Notes under the pieces: model-generated | What the model was told of the DNA's origin: nothing | The model's input: only the letters and a program-made list of their open reading frames with translations | Databases searched by the model: none | Assembly (NCBI GenBank): GCA_951406725.2 | Contig: OX597824.1 | Span: 58,714,001 to 58,778,000 of the forward strand | Reading direction: 5' to 3' | Length of the DNA: 64,000 nt | From: Octopus vulgaris | Lineage: Eukaryota | Part shown: positions 12,194-23,261 of the stretch, piece by piece | Layout: each line of letters begins with the position of its first letter | How positions within the stretch are numbered: the first letter of the stretch is position 1 | Position numbers and translations under genes: made by a program

Positions 12194-12196
<3 letters not shown>
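10100..12196 (+). mobile_element. Penelope-like retroelement (Neptune-like), 5'-truncated, degenerate RT + GIY-YIG
   Basis: GVAMGTRTGPNYANLFVG, RYIDD, YLNFSSSHP, CFHPRCHTC, NIIYCNSCSLCHSMNIGQTG...FAEHL; stops and frameshifts; pyrimidine-rich tail ends at (TA)n. Confidence 0.93.
12068..12110 (+). ncRNA. minimal hammerhead-like motif in the PLE 3' pLTR
   Basis: GTCCCTT-TCTGTAGACGA-GCGTAGGCTC-GAAAC-GTA^AAGGAC; atypical 5' core; homologous motifs near 30695-30735 (+) and 34060-34100 (-). Confidence 0.45.
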
Positions 12197-12246
<50 letters not shown>

Positions 12247-13173
12247 TTATGAGAGTTAATGGTGTCAAGAAGAGTAAGTGATATGTACAGACTATAGCTA
12301 AGCTCCAGGTTCGGTGATTATGCGAATGAGAAGTCCAACTTAGGTCATATATCAGCATGCGTATATATAAAAAATAATTAACAGAATGAGATAAAAAGCC
12401 AAGGCTGCAAAGATTTCAGAACATTTATAAATAGAAGGTCTTACAGCTGTTTCCGGGATATTTTATATCTACAGCCATATACAAATAGATTTGCATATGG
12501 CTCTAAGTTAATCCTCCAAATTCACCTAATTGTTACTGCCGTCCTGGAACCATGTGCCCGTTACAAATCCATTGCAGAAGATATAATGTAATTTACAAAC
12601 GTACTGTCCTTAATCTATTACACAACTCTACAGCCATATACATAGAATCAACCATAAATTTTAAGCAACGACATGCTGCTCACCTCCACTCTTTTAGATA
12701 CGATAAACATAGTAAATCTACAACACTCGCCAACCACATAAATCATTTCAAAAATACAAATATACCCTATACTTTGTCATGGTCCATACCGGATTCAGGG
12801 CTTCCCTACCGAGGTCAACGCTCAACCTGCAAGTTTTGCCTGAAGGAAGCGCTTCACATATTAAAGCACAATTCTCCAACACTGCTAAATAAACATAATG
12901 AGGCACTAAGCACATGCAACCACCGCTTTTTTCACTCATTCAAATACTACCACAAATCTAAATGCCTAAATGACCATACAGTATATTTACATAATACCCC
13001 TTAGGTAATCCCAATAACCTTATAAATTTACATTTTAACTCCTAATCCCTATCTAATTCCTCTTTCACACTTGAATATCACAATCATTTAATTGCATTTG
13101 TATGTATATGCGTGCGTACGCATGTACGTGTGTGTGTGTGTATGTCTGTGTACATGTGTGTGTTTATGTGTGT

Positions 13174-13520
13174 GTATATATGCAAGCTATATATACCTGC
13201 GTGTGCAGGGGTGATAATACATACATATGCACGTATATATGAGCGTGCGTATATACATATACATATGAGTACGTGTTGTACTGTATATATATAGTATATA
13301 TGCAAGCTATATATACCTGCGTGTGCAGGGGTGATAGTACATACATATGTACGTATATATGAGCGTGCGTATATACATATACATATGAGTACGTGTTGTA
13401 CTGTATATATATAGTATATATGCAAGCTATATATACCTGCGTGTGCAGGGGTGATAATACATACATATGCACGTATATATGGCCGTGCGTATATAATTAT
13501 ACATATGAGTACGTGTTGTA
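13174..13520. repeat. 120-bp tandem repeat, ~2.9 copies
   Basis: Units start at 13174, 13294 and 13414 (gtatatatgcaagctatatatacctgcgtgtgcaggggtg...). Confidence 0.92.
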
Positions 13521-13584
13521 TGTGTAGATGTTGATGTGTATAAATATCTATATACATGTTTAATATATGCATGTGTATACATCT

Positions 13585-13660
<76 letters not shown>

Positions 13661-14340
13661 TCCTACTATTAAGCACTGACCTCTAAGTAACCTAACCTAT
13701 ATTCCCAAATTCTTCATTCCACCATTTTAATACCTCTACTCTGCCCCTCACTTAGGCTCTATCGCTACATACCCGACACTCATTACTACTCACCTTCTCA
13801 TTTTTTTATACGCTCATATATTTCTCTCTCTAGAATCCTCAGCTCCCCATTCCTTCTACCTGACACTCCTTTACTCTTTACAGTCTCATCTCTTTACACA
13901 TTCATATCTTTCTCTCTCTATTACCCTCACCTCCACATTCCTTCTATCAATTTATCCTGATTGACCACTAACCTGTACACATTCCCTCTCTTCATTTCTC
14001 TATTATCTCTCTCTCTCTGCCTTTCTTTTTTTCCTTTCTATTTTCCTCTCTTCCTGTTTTTGGTGTGACCTTGCAAACACATTCCCAACTTTTAAGTCAC
14101 TTCAAAAACCCTCAATTCACTAACACCGTTTAAAAGCTCTATGCTTGGAATGGCCAATTTTAAATACCATTGGAACTTAATCACAAGGTACATGAATATT
14201 ATATGTATACCATTCTGCCTAAATAATGGAACTGAAGATGCAATATCCCTGCATATCTCACGTCTATTTTCATTCCTCCACTTCTCTCCCTATTTCATAT
14301 CTTATCTAGAATAACTATTGCTTAACCATCTTCTCACACC

Positions 14341-14388
14341 GTCTCCGATGAAGGGATATATAAAGTATCCCGGAAACAGCTGTAAGAC
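14341..14388 (+). ncRNA. type I hammerhead ribozyme of the Naiad-like pLTR (U4C variant)
   Basis: GTCT-CCGATGA-A-GGGATA(7)TATCCC-G-GAAAC-AGCT-GTA^AGAC. Confidence 0.75.
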
Positions 14389-14470
14389 CTTCTATTTATA
14401 AATGTTCTGAAATCTCTACAGCCTTGGCTTTTTGTCTCATTCTGTTAAGTGATATATATATATATATTTA

Positions 14471-14525
<55 letters not shown>

Positions 14526-14531
<6 letters not shown>

Positions 14532-15490
14532 ATTAGAGATAAAACCACTATTAGGCAAATCATACAATGAAAAACTTAAGCCAATACATAAGATTATTTA
14601 ATTTATATTATTTAAATATATAACAAAATTATTAAAAAAATATAATTAATATAACACTACGATCGTTTCATGGCTGTTAATTTCTTTAAATTTTCGAGTT
14701 ACAGTCATTCATCAGGTGGTTTAAATATCTAAAATATAATCAATATTTTTAAGATATAAATAATATATATAATATAATCATTTTACTTATAATAAACTCT
14801 ATTATCAAATATGATTATATCCAAATCGACTTTAATGTTAAATATTAATTTTAATTTATAAGGTAGGAAACCCATAATCTAATATCAATATTAGTCTATA
14901 TCTAATTACATAAATATTTAAAATGACTAATATATATAAATTATCAATGAAAATATATATATAAATATTATAATCAAGATCTAAAATAATCTCTATAAAT
15001 AATTGTATATAATAAAAACCTAATAAATTTAATTTTTCATATTTAAAGATGAAATAGCTAATTTCAAAATACAAATAAACTAACTTAAACGGACTTTCAG
15101 AAATCTTATGTAAAATACTTTTAGAAATAATCAATTCTTAATAATATAGTATCGAATAAATACTATAAGTACTATAGATATAATTATGATTGTAAGACCT
15201 TCTATAATTATCTAATATAAATTTAAAGAAATAACTAAGTTATGCTATTAAATTAGACATGGCCTAGACCAATCTTTAGTCGAAACATATCTAAGTTTAT
15301 CAAAGTTTATCTAATTTAATTATAAATTTAAAACTACAATTAATACTATTAAAACATGTATATACAAAGCCTAACTTAATACACCTAGTATGCTTGCTAT
15401 CAAATAATAAATCTATCACTAAAAAGTATCTTACGAATAAACTTAAATTTAATATCTAATAATATAGTGGTTTTATCTCTAATTTAATAT
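14526..15490 (-). mobile_element. AT-rich non-autonomous element with ~27-bp inverted ends, carrying a hammerhead
   Basis: atattaaattagagataaaaccactat at 14526 and its reverse complement ending at 15490; the same terminus recurs at ~55581. Confidence 0.65.
14653..14720 (-). ncRNA. type I hammerhead ribozyme
   Basis: CAC-CTGATGA-ATGACTGT...ACAGCCAT-GAAAC-GATC-GTA^GTG; intact core. Confidence 0.82.
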
Positions 15491-15504
15491 AATATAATTT
15501 TTTA

Positions 15505-16208
15505 CTATAAAATTGGATTCAATCCAAAATCTGATTTTTCCCTGTAATATATATTCTTCATGGTCTCCTCGCACCATTCCCCTTCTTCTCTCTCTTCCTC
15601 TTGCTCCTCCTCCCCCATTCCCGTCGTCCATCTGCGACGTACTTCCGTCGTAACTGCTATCCCGTCCTTTCTCACCTGCCTTCTAAGGCCACTGGTCGAC
15701 ATCTTCCTCTCTCGTCGTCCACTATAATCCAGCGTTTGCAATACTTTTTTCGTCTGGCGTTAACAGCCCTTCTTATCTTGCTCTCCTTGTCCTGTCTCTC
15801 ACTGTTATATATTTATTTTTCCACTGTTTATATATATATTTTTTACTGTTTATATGTTTGTACTGTCGTTACCGTCTTGCTTTTTTACCCCTCTGCGACA
15901 AGATCTCAGAATTTTAATTGATTTGCTTTTCGCAGGAAGGAATTTTTCATTCGAAGTATACGTCTCGCTTTTATCCTTCGAAACGTTTAGTAGATGAAAC
16001 TTTAGCGACTGAAGAAGGGGATTTTTCGTTGTGCTTATTGTCCTGTATCTCCTTTTTTTGCTTGTCTTGTTCCTTGGTTTGTGTCTATGTTTTTCGTCTC
16101 TCTATGTGTTCGACGTCCTTTTGGTGTCCTGTACACATATATGCGTGTATATGTACATGTAGAGGTAGGTACGTACATATATGTTTATATATATGCATAT
16201 ATTTTATT

Positions 16209-16212
<4 letters not shown>
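15505..16212 (+). mobile_element. non-coding repeat carrying a permuted hammerhead
   Basis: Pyrimidine-rich 5' part, structured core, ends in (TA)n; architecture like family C. Confidence 0.55.
15945..16022 (+). ncRNA. putative non-circularly permuted hammerhead ribozyme
   Basis: TATACGT-C^TCGCT ttt ATCCTT-C-GAA-ACGTTTA ... AGCGA-CTGAAGA-A-GGGGAT; extra helix TTTCAT/ATGAAA. Confidence 0.75.
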
Positions 16213-16244
<32 letters not shown>

Positions 16245-16319
16245 TTGACAGAATGAGATAAAAATCGAAGGCTGTAAAGATTTCAGAATATTTCTAGATA
16301 GAATGTCTTACGCGACACA

Positions 16320-16970
16320 GTACGCGACCGTTACTTTATATCACCTCGCCCAGATCAACCAGGTCCCTCTGACAGGACCCTTCTCTTTAAGAGAAGTGTG
16401 GAGGATAATCCTCCTTGCAAGGCCTCTGACATAACAGAACAAGTTGATGCCAGTGCCAGAACAGCTGTCAGGTACCTCCACAAACTTCGTTACTATAGCA
16501 GAACAGCAAGAAGGAAGCCACTTCTTCGACCAGCCAAAATCAAGCGGAGAAAAGATTGGGTAAGTGAGATGGTGGAGAGACCACTAGCATTTGGGGACAC
16601 TGTCATATTCTCTGATGAGTCCAAATTTGCTGTATTTCCTGACGGTAGTCGTGTGTGGGTCTGGAGATTCTGTAGTCAAGAATTGATGTGAAAAGATTGC
16701 AACCATCAATGAAATATGGCAGCTTTTCTGTGATGGCCTAGGGAGAAATAGTAGCCGTCGTCAGTCAAGCCAGTCACCAGATATGAACCCTAATGAACAC
16801 TTCTTGGACATGAGGGACAGGGCACTATCTTCAAAGCCAGACTTTTTGAGATTATTGCATGAAGCTTGGCAATAAATTCCCCAAAAGAATATTCATCTCA
16901 CCAGGAACATGCCTAATAGGGTCCTTGCATTGAAAAATACACAGGGTATGTCTACTAAATATCAAATATC
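16320..16970 (+). pseudogene. Tc1-like DD34E transposase remnant
   Basis: ARRKPLL, VIFSDESKF, VWVWR, QSPDMNPNEH, MPNRVLAL; frameshifted and internally deleted. Confidence 0.88.
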
Positions 16971-16981
16971 TATATTATAAC

Positions 16982-17032
<51 letters not shown>

Positions 17033-17200
17033 TATAAACGAAGGTGTGGCTGTGTGGTATAAAAAACTTGCTTCCCAACCACGTGGTTCCAGGTTCAGTC
17101 CCACTGCATTGCACCTTGAGCATGTGTCCTCTACTTCAGCCTCGTGCCGACAAAAGCACAGTGAGTGAATTTGACAAACAGAAACTGAAAAAAGCCCGTC

Positions 17201-17234
<34 letters not shown>

Positions 17235-17238
<4 letters not shown>

Positions 17239-17552
17239 GAAATGAAGAAAATGCTGACAAAATAATTTAAGTAAGGGAGAGTGTATTTAATTAGGTGAAA
17301 GTTCTTTTTACCGGTTGCGCATTTGTTATGCTTATCAAAAGATATTTTTTAAGAGAGATAGAGTTCCTTTCTGATATATTTTTTCTCTTATCTGATAAGA
17401 GAAAAAAATCTATCAGAAAGGAACTCTATCTCTCTTTAAAAATATCTTTTGATAAGCATAACAAATGCGCAACCGGTAAAAAGAACTTTCACCTAATTAA
17501 ATACACTCTCCCTTACTTAAATTATTTTGTCAGCATTTTCTTCATTTCCTTT
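17235..17552. repeat. near-perfect palindrome, ~158-bp arms, 1-nt spacer at 17393
   Basis: Centre tctcttatc-t-gataagaga; the arms differ by only a few bases. Confidence 0.97.
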
Positions 17553-17809
17553 TTTTATATATCACAACTCGTGTTCCACATCTTTTTTAAATATATATAT
17601 ATATATACATTTTGATAAATTATTTAGATACGGATATGTATGTGCATGTGTGCGTGTGTGTGAATTATTGTGCTTGTGTTTACTTCCATGTTACCGGTGT
17701 TTGTGTGTTTATGTACCCGTAATTTATGCGCTCCGGTCAATTTCGGAAATAACCGAAATAGCCGACCGGTGTTTCCGGGTGATTACAGTCTCTTTTAGTA
17801 TATATTACT

Positions 17810-18205
17810 CTTTTTTTTTACTTGTTTTAGTCATTTGACTGCGGCCATGCTGGAACACCGCCTTTAATCGAGCAACTCGACCCCGGGACTTATTCTTTTG
17901 TAAGCCCAGTACTTATCCTATCGGTCTCTTTTACCGAACCGCTAAGTAACGGGGACATAAGCACACCAGCATCAGTTGTCAAGCAATGCTCGGCGGACAA
18001 ACATAGACACACAAACACACACACGCATATATATATATTCATATATACGACGGGCTTCTTTCAGTTTCCGTATACCAAATCCACTCACAAGGCTTTGGTC
18101 GGCCCGAGGCTATAGTAGATGACACGTGCCCAAGGTGCCACGCAGTGGGACTGAACCCGGAACAATGTGGTTGGTAAACAAGCTACTTACCACACAGCCA
18201 CTCCT
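17810..18205 (-). mobile_element. SINE family A, essentially full length
   Basis: Head aggagtggctgtgtggtaag through tail ggcggtgttccagcatggccgcagtcaaatgact. Confidence 0.92.
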
Positions 18206-18696
18206 ATGTATACAAATATATGCTTAAACTACATTAGAGCATCTTTGCTCTTATTTCTGGAATGTAGATGCTCTAACACCCTTAGTCACATTTAGTGACA
18301 AGTATAGTGTATATATATGTGTGTGTGTGTATGTGTGTGTGTGTGTGTGTGTGTACATATATACTTGTGTATTAGGGAGTTAGAATATAAATATATACAT
18401 AATATACACATATTTTTATATCATGTTCAAAGTTAGACACACAAAGTTTATACATACGTGTATGTGGGGATGTGTGTTGAATATTCACAATATGTAAGTG
18501 ACGTGTAGAGAGCTGTGCTCCAAGTTGTTGTGTAAAATCCCAGAGGATGTTTGATTGAACACGATTTCTTGGCAGCCATTTTAACGTTGGCTGAGGTGGT
18601 GTTGGGGAATAGACTCAACAGATACAGATAGAGAGACATGTATAGACCGAGAGAGAAAGGGGGTGGAAGACAGAAAGTGAAAGTAGGTGAATTAGT

Positions 18697-18727
<31 letters not shown>

Positions 18728-19695
18728 AGAGGGAGAGAGTAGGAGAATATATTTGGGGAATGAAATTAAAAACCGTAGAATGTGATTTTTATCATTGATT
18801 GTCTGAAGAGAGAGAGAGAGAGAGAGAAAGTGAGACTGACAGACAGGCAGACAGATGGAGACCACATGACAAAAAAAATTGTTTTAGTTATCTTGTGACC
18901 AGAGAAGTCAAGACATTCATAAGAAAATGTTACGAAAGAAAGGATGATAAATAAATAAATAAATAGTAATATCATTAAACGATAAAAATAGGAAAAAGAA
19001 AAAATGTGACAGAAATGAACAGGGCAGGAAAATTTATAGAAAAATTTGCAAATACTAAAAAGACACAATGAAAAAAATTAATGTAATAAGTACAGCCATC
19101 TGTTTATAGAGGGTCACATAAGAATAAAGGAGTCATAAGTATTGTAAAGACCACCAACACAGAATAAGTTAGGATCACCATATAAAATACAACTGTGTGG
19201 CTTTGTAGTAAAAAGTTTGATTCCCAACCACATAGTTCTGTGTTTGGATCCTCTGTGTTAAACCTTGGGCATGTGTCTTCTGCAAAAGTCCCGGTTCCAC
19301 CAAAGTGTTGTTACTGGACAGCAGACAGAAACTGAAAGATGTCTGTCAGATATAGATGTGTGTGTGTGTGTGTTTATGTGTATGTGAATGTGTTTGTGTA
19401 TTTGTGCGTGTGCTTGTGAAAGTGTGTGTGTGTATGTATTTGTGTGTGTGTATCTATGTGTGTATGAGTTTGTGTGTGTATCTGTGTGTGTGTCTTTGTG
19501 TTTGTACTTGCACGCCACCGCTTTTTGATATCCGGTGATATTTGTTTGCGTCCTAGTAGCATAGCAGTTGGCAAACGAACCCGATAGAATAAGTACCATG
19601 TTTTAAAACAGAATAAGTAATGGGATAGATTTGTTCGACTAAATCCTTCAAGGTGGTACCCTAGCATGCTCGCAGTTCTACGGCTGAAACAAGTT

Positions 19696-20138
19696 GGACA
19701 GCCACATTATGTTGGCAAATAGCCTTTACTTTAATGAATTGTTACCGAATATCTCTTTGAGATATTTAGAAATAATAATATTTCTATTTTTAGATCAGTA
19801 ACTGTGTATCAATTTGAAAACTATATATTCGAACGGTGAAATCAGCCATTTGGCAAAGTAGCTACTCCGTGTTGATAAAGAGCAATGACCCAGAAACTAG
19901 TCCACAGATGTTGTTTTGCGCTAGGTAGGAGTGCTTAACTCCCTGTTTGAAACTATAAGGACACAATAGTGTGTAGTATAGCCAGCTAGAAACGATGTTT
20001 TTTGAGGCTAAAAGAACAGTAACATTGTCCCTTTCAGGACAGCAACATTATGTTGGCAAATAGCCTTTACTTTAAAGAACAATTACTGAATGTCTCTCTT
20101 TGGGAGATTTAGAAATAATAATATTTCTATTTATAGAT
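19696..20138 (+). repeat. ~341-bp unit with ~100-bp direct terminal redundancy (retrozyme/pLTR-like)
   Basis: ggacag.cacattatgttggcaaatagcctttac... at 19696 and 20037; a hammerhead lies between. Confidence 0.75.
19867..19907 (+). ncRNA. minimal type I hammerhead, U3-A8 variant
   Basis: GTG-TTGATAA-A-GAG(CAATGA)CCC-A-GAAAC-TA-GTC^CAC; palindromic ACTAGT stem III. Confidence 0.65.
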
Positions 20139-20364
20139 ATATAGATATAATAGAAATGAACTGGTGATCCATTACTCCACCTCTCATCTATGACAGACGA
20201 AGTTTATCAAATCAAAACTTGAATTAAGCATGCGGGGAGCCGGTAAGATTACTGGCTAACATTTTATACACATTCTAACAAACCTGTCAATTCGGTGTCG
20301 GTATACCAAGGTAGGCAGAAAGATAGGACGTTGATTTCGTTATCACATACATATGAATATACAG

Positions 20365-20701
20365 CAGGAGTTCTCAACCATTTTTTATCTATGGGACCCT
20401 TTGATTATTATTTCATTCTGGTGGACCTCCATAGCAATTCGATGTTTAAAAACTAATTTTATAGAAATTTCTTTCAAGATTCCTATTTGTTTTCGCACGT
20501 TAACTTGTGTAGGTTGAACTATGTATAGTGTTAGGGAAAGAAATCTAGCTGTTTCTTGCAATACATACATCTAAAGCAAAATTTTTTCAGAGGCCCTTAA
20601 AATAGTATTTCGGATTTCCAACTTACTATTTCGATGTGTGGAACCTCAAATATCTTATATGGATTCTCAGGGGCCATATGGATCCCGGTTGAGAACCACT
20701 G
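20365..20701. mobile_element. hAT-type MITE
   Basis: TIRs CAGGAGTTCTCAACC / GGTTGAGAACCACTG; exact 8-bp TSD ATATACAG (20357-20364, 20702-20709). Confidence 0.92.
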
Positions 20702-21142
20702 ATATACAGGGTGCGGCAGAAAAATCACCCCTCAGTTTTTTATCCTGCACCCATACTGCTAGTAACGTTAGGCATGTAGCAAATGTTTTACTGTTTTTTA
20801 TTAATCTTTATTTTTTTCAGATATCGTTTCTTTCTGTCAGGTCACTTGCACACTTTACCAAAATCAAAGAAAAAAATTAAAACGAAAGAAAAGAAAAAAA
20901 ACATTCAGAACGCTGGACGATGTCGAAATGACACTCTAGACACGTTTATCTTCAAAAGAATCTGATTTTTTGGCCTGCGGAAACACAAAACTCATTCCGA
21001 GATGATGAAAATGGTATTGTTGACGATGGCGACTATATTTTGAATGAATGAATATCTTTTCGATGTTTTATGCTGATTCGAACTCATTGTATGGAATACA
21101 TTTCCCTTCGATACCCCTACTATCTCTCATTCTCTCCCCCTC

Positions 21143-21197
<55 letters not shown>

Positions 21198-22627
21198 ATC
21201 TATTTATCTATATGTGTGTGCGTTCGCACACACATATACATATAGATAGATAGACAGATTGATTGATTGATAGATAGATAGATATATATATAGATAGATA
21301 GATAGATATGTAGGTGTCCGTGTGCGTGTGTGTCGGGTTCAGTTCCAATGCGTGACACCTTGGGCAAGTATCTTCCATATAGACTCGGCCCGACCAATGA
21401 CTTGTGAGTGGATTTGGTAGACGGAAACTAAAGGGAGCCCGTCGTGTGTGTATATATATATAATACAAAATGGGACAAGAAAGCAAAACATCCAGACAGG
21501 TGATACAAGAAAGGGATAAATGTATGTGTGTGTGTTTATATGTTTGTGTCTGTGTTTGCTCCCCACCACCAACATCGCTTGACAACAGATGCTAATGTGT
21601 TTACGTTCCGTAATCTAACGGTTCATCAAAAGAGACCGATAGAATAGGTACTAGGCTTGCAAACAATAAGTCCTGTTGGCAATTTGCTCGACTAAGGGCG
21701 ATGCTCTAGCATGGTCGCAGCCAAATGGCTGAAACAAATAACGGAATAAAAGAAGAGAAGAAAAGAATATTATATATATATATGCGCGAGCACCCGTATG
21801 TCTGTGTTTGTCACCCACCACTGCTTAATATCTGATTCTGCTTTGTTTATGTCCCAATAACTTTGTGATTCGGCAAAAGAGAAGGAGGAAATAAGTACCA
21901 GACTTTATAAAAATGTACTGGAGTCGATACGCTCTACTAATATATATATATATATACACACATACACACTGGTATAGTGTAAATGCTATTATGGTGCACT
22001 TTTTATCCTAACAGATCTCTTGAGATAGATTAATTGTGACATGTGACATGTGAGAAACCACCAACTGCGCATCCAGTGTCAGCATGGGATGAAAGCAATC
22101 GCTATGTCACTATTATCAGCAATTACCATCATTGAAATATTTAATTAACAAATTGGGGAAAATGAGAGGCGTATCTATCTGCATGGTCCCACGATCTGCT
22201 AAAAATAATAACTAAAGGCAGTTCAAATTATACTCTAGTGTCTTAACAAAAGAATTAGAGCTAAATACAATGTGACAGAAATATAATGTCGGGGTGGTCA
22301 CGTGGAATATCATCGAAAATAGGCCTGGTCGGCCATAAATGACACAGTGTTAGACATAAATGATAAAAGCAGCACAAATGTAGCCGCTAGCACCAACACC
22401 ACCGTTACAATAATCACCTCCATTACCAATACCACTACCAATACTAACACCACAACAAACACCTCAAAAGCAAACATTACCAACACCTTGCTACCGCCAC
22501 CAGCATCAGAATCATACTCGATTCAATCACTACCAACACCACAACCAACAGCTCCATCACCATCTCTAGAAATAACACTATAATCACAACGCCAACCTAT
22601 ATATTACAGAATAGAGACGTATATGAA

Positions 22628-22717
<90 letters not shown>

Positions 22718-22738
22718 CCTGCCTGTCTATATACATAT

Positions 22739-22802
<64 letters not shown>

Positions 22803-22825
22803 GTATATGTATATGTATGTGTGTG
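22628..22825. repeat. (CTAT)n/(TA)n microsatellite
   Basis: Direct reading. Confidence 0.95.
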
Positions 22826-23061
22826 AGTGAATGCGTGTCAACATATGCATACATAATATATAACATGTACAGGTTTCATTTCAAAGTTTAAGTAAAGAAT
22901 TAATAAAACTCACTAATAACAACACGACCCACCCATACGTCAATAGACACGGACATATTTCAAAGCACAAGCAAATATCCCCTATCTACCCACCCACACA
23001 CACGCACATAAATATATACCCGTGCAAACATGCATGAGCATACATACATGCATATATATAT

Positions 23062-23124
23062 ATCTGTCTGTCCGTGTGCGCATGACATGTTAATTTCTCG
23101 GGTATATAATTGCACGCATATATG

Positions 23125-23157
<33 letters not shown>

Positions 23158-23168
23158 GTATATATATG

Positions 23169-23208
<40 letters not shown>

Positions 23209-23261
23209 TGCAATTATATACCCGAGAAATTAACATGTCATGCGCACACGGACAGACAGAT
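23062..23261. repeat. perfect ~60-bp inverted repeat around a (TA)n spacer
   Basis: atctgtctgtccgtgtgcgcatgacatgttaatttctcgggtatataattgcacgcatat and its exact reverse complement. Confidence 0.95.

Larger units (their letters stand above)
12378..14448 (+). mobile_element. Penelope-like element (Naiad-like) GIY-YIG fragment with inverted pLTR at the 5' end
   Basis: ORF 12552-13004 plus upstream codons: CYCR..MCPL..HC...VIY...IYIEST..FKQRH..H..SF...TLANHI...W...CKFCLKE...LLNK..E..STCNH; 12378-12468 is the reverse complement of ~14357-14448. Confidence 0.85.

Noticed and set aside
12525-13004. Selenocysteine recoding, known for some Naiad PLEs
   Set aside because: Cys codons here are TGT/TGC, with no in-frame TGA and no SECIS recognised
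13174-13520. CRISPR-like array
   Set aside because: Plain tandem duplication with no unique spacers, in a eukaryotic context
22347-22583. Thr/Pro-rich mucin-like ORF
   Set aside because: Decayed (ACC/AAC)n repeat, GTG start, no splice support
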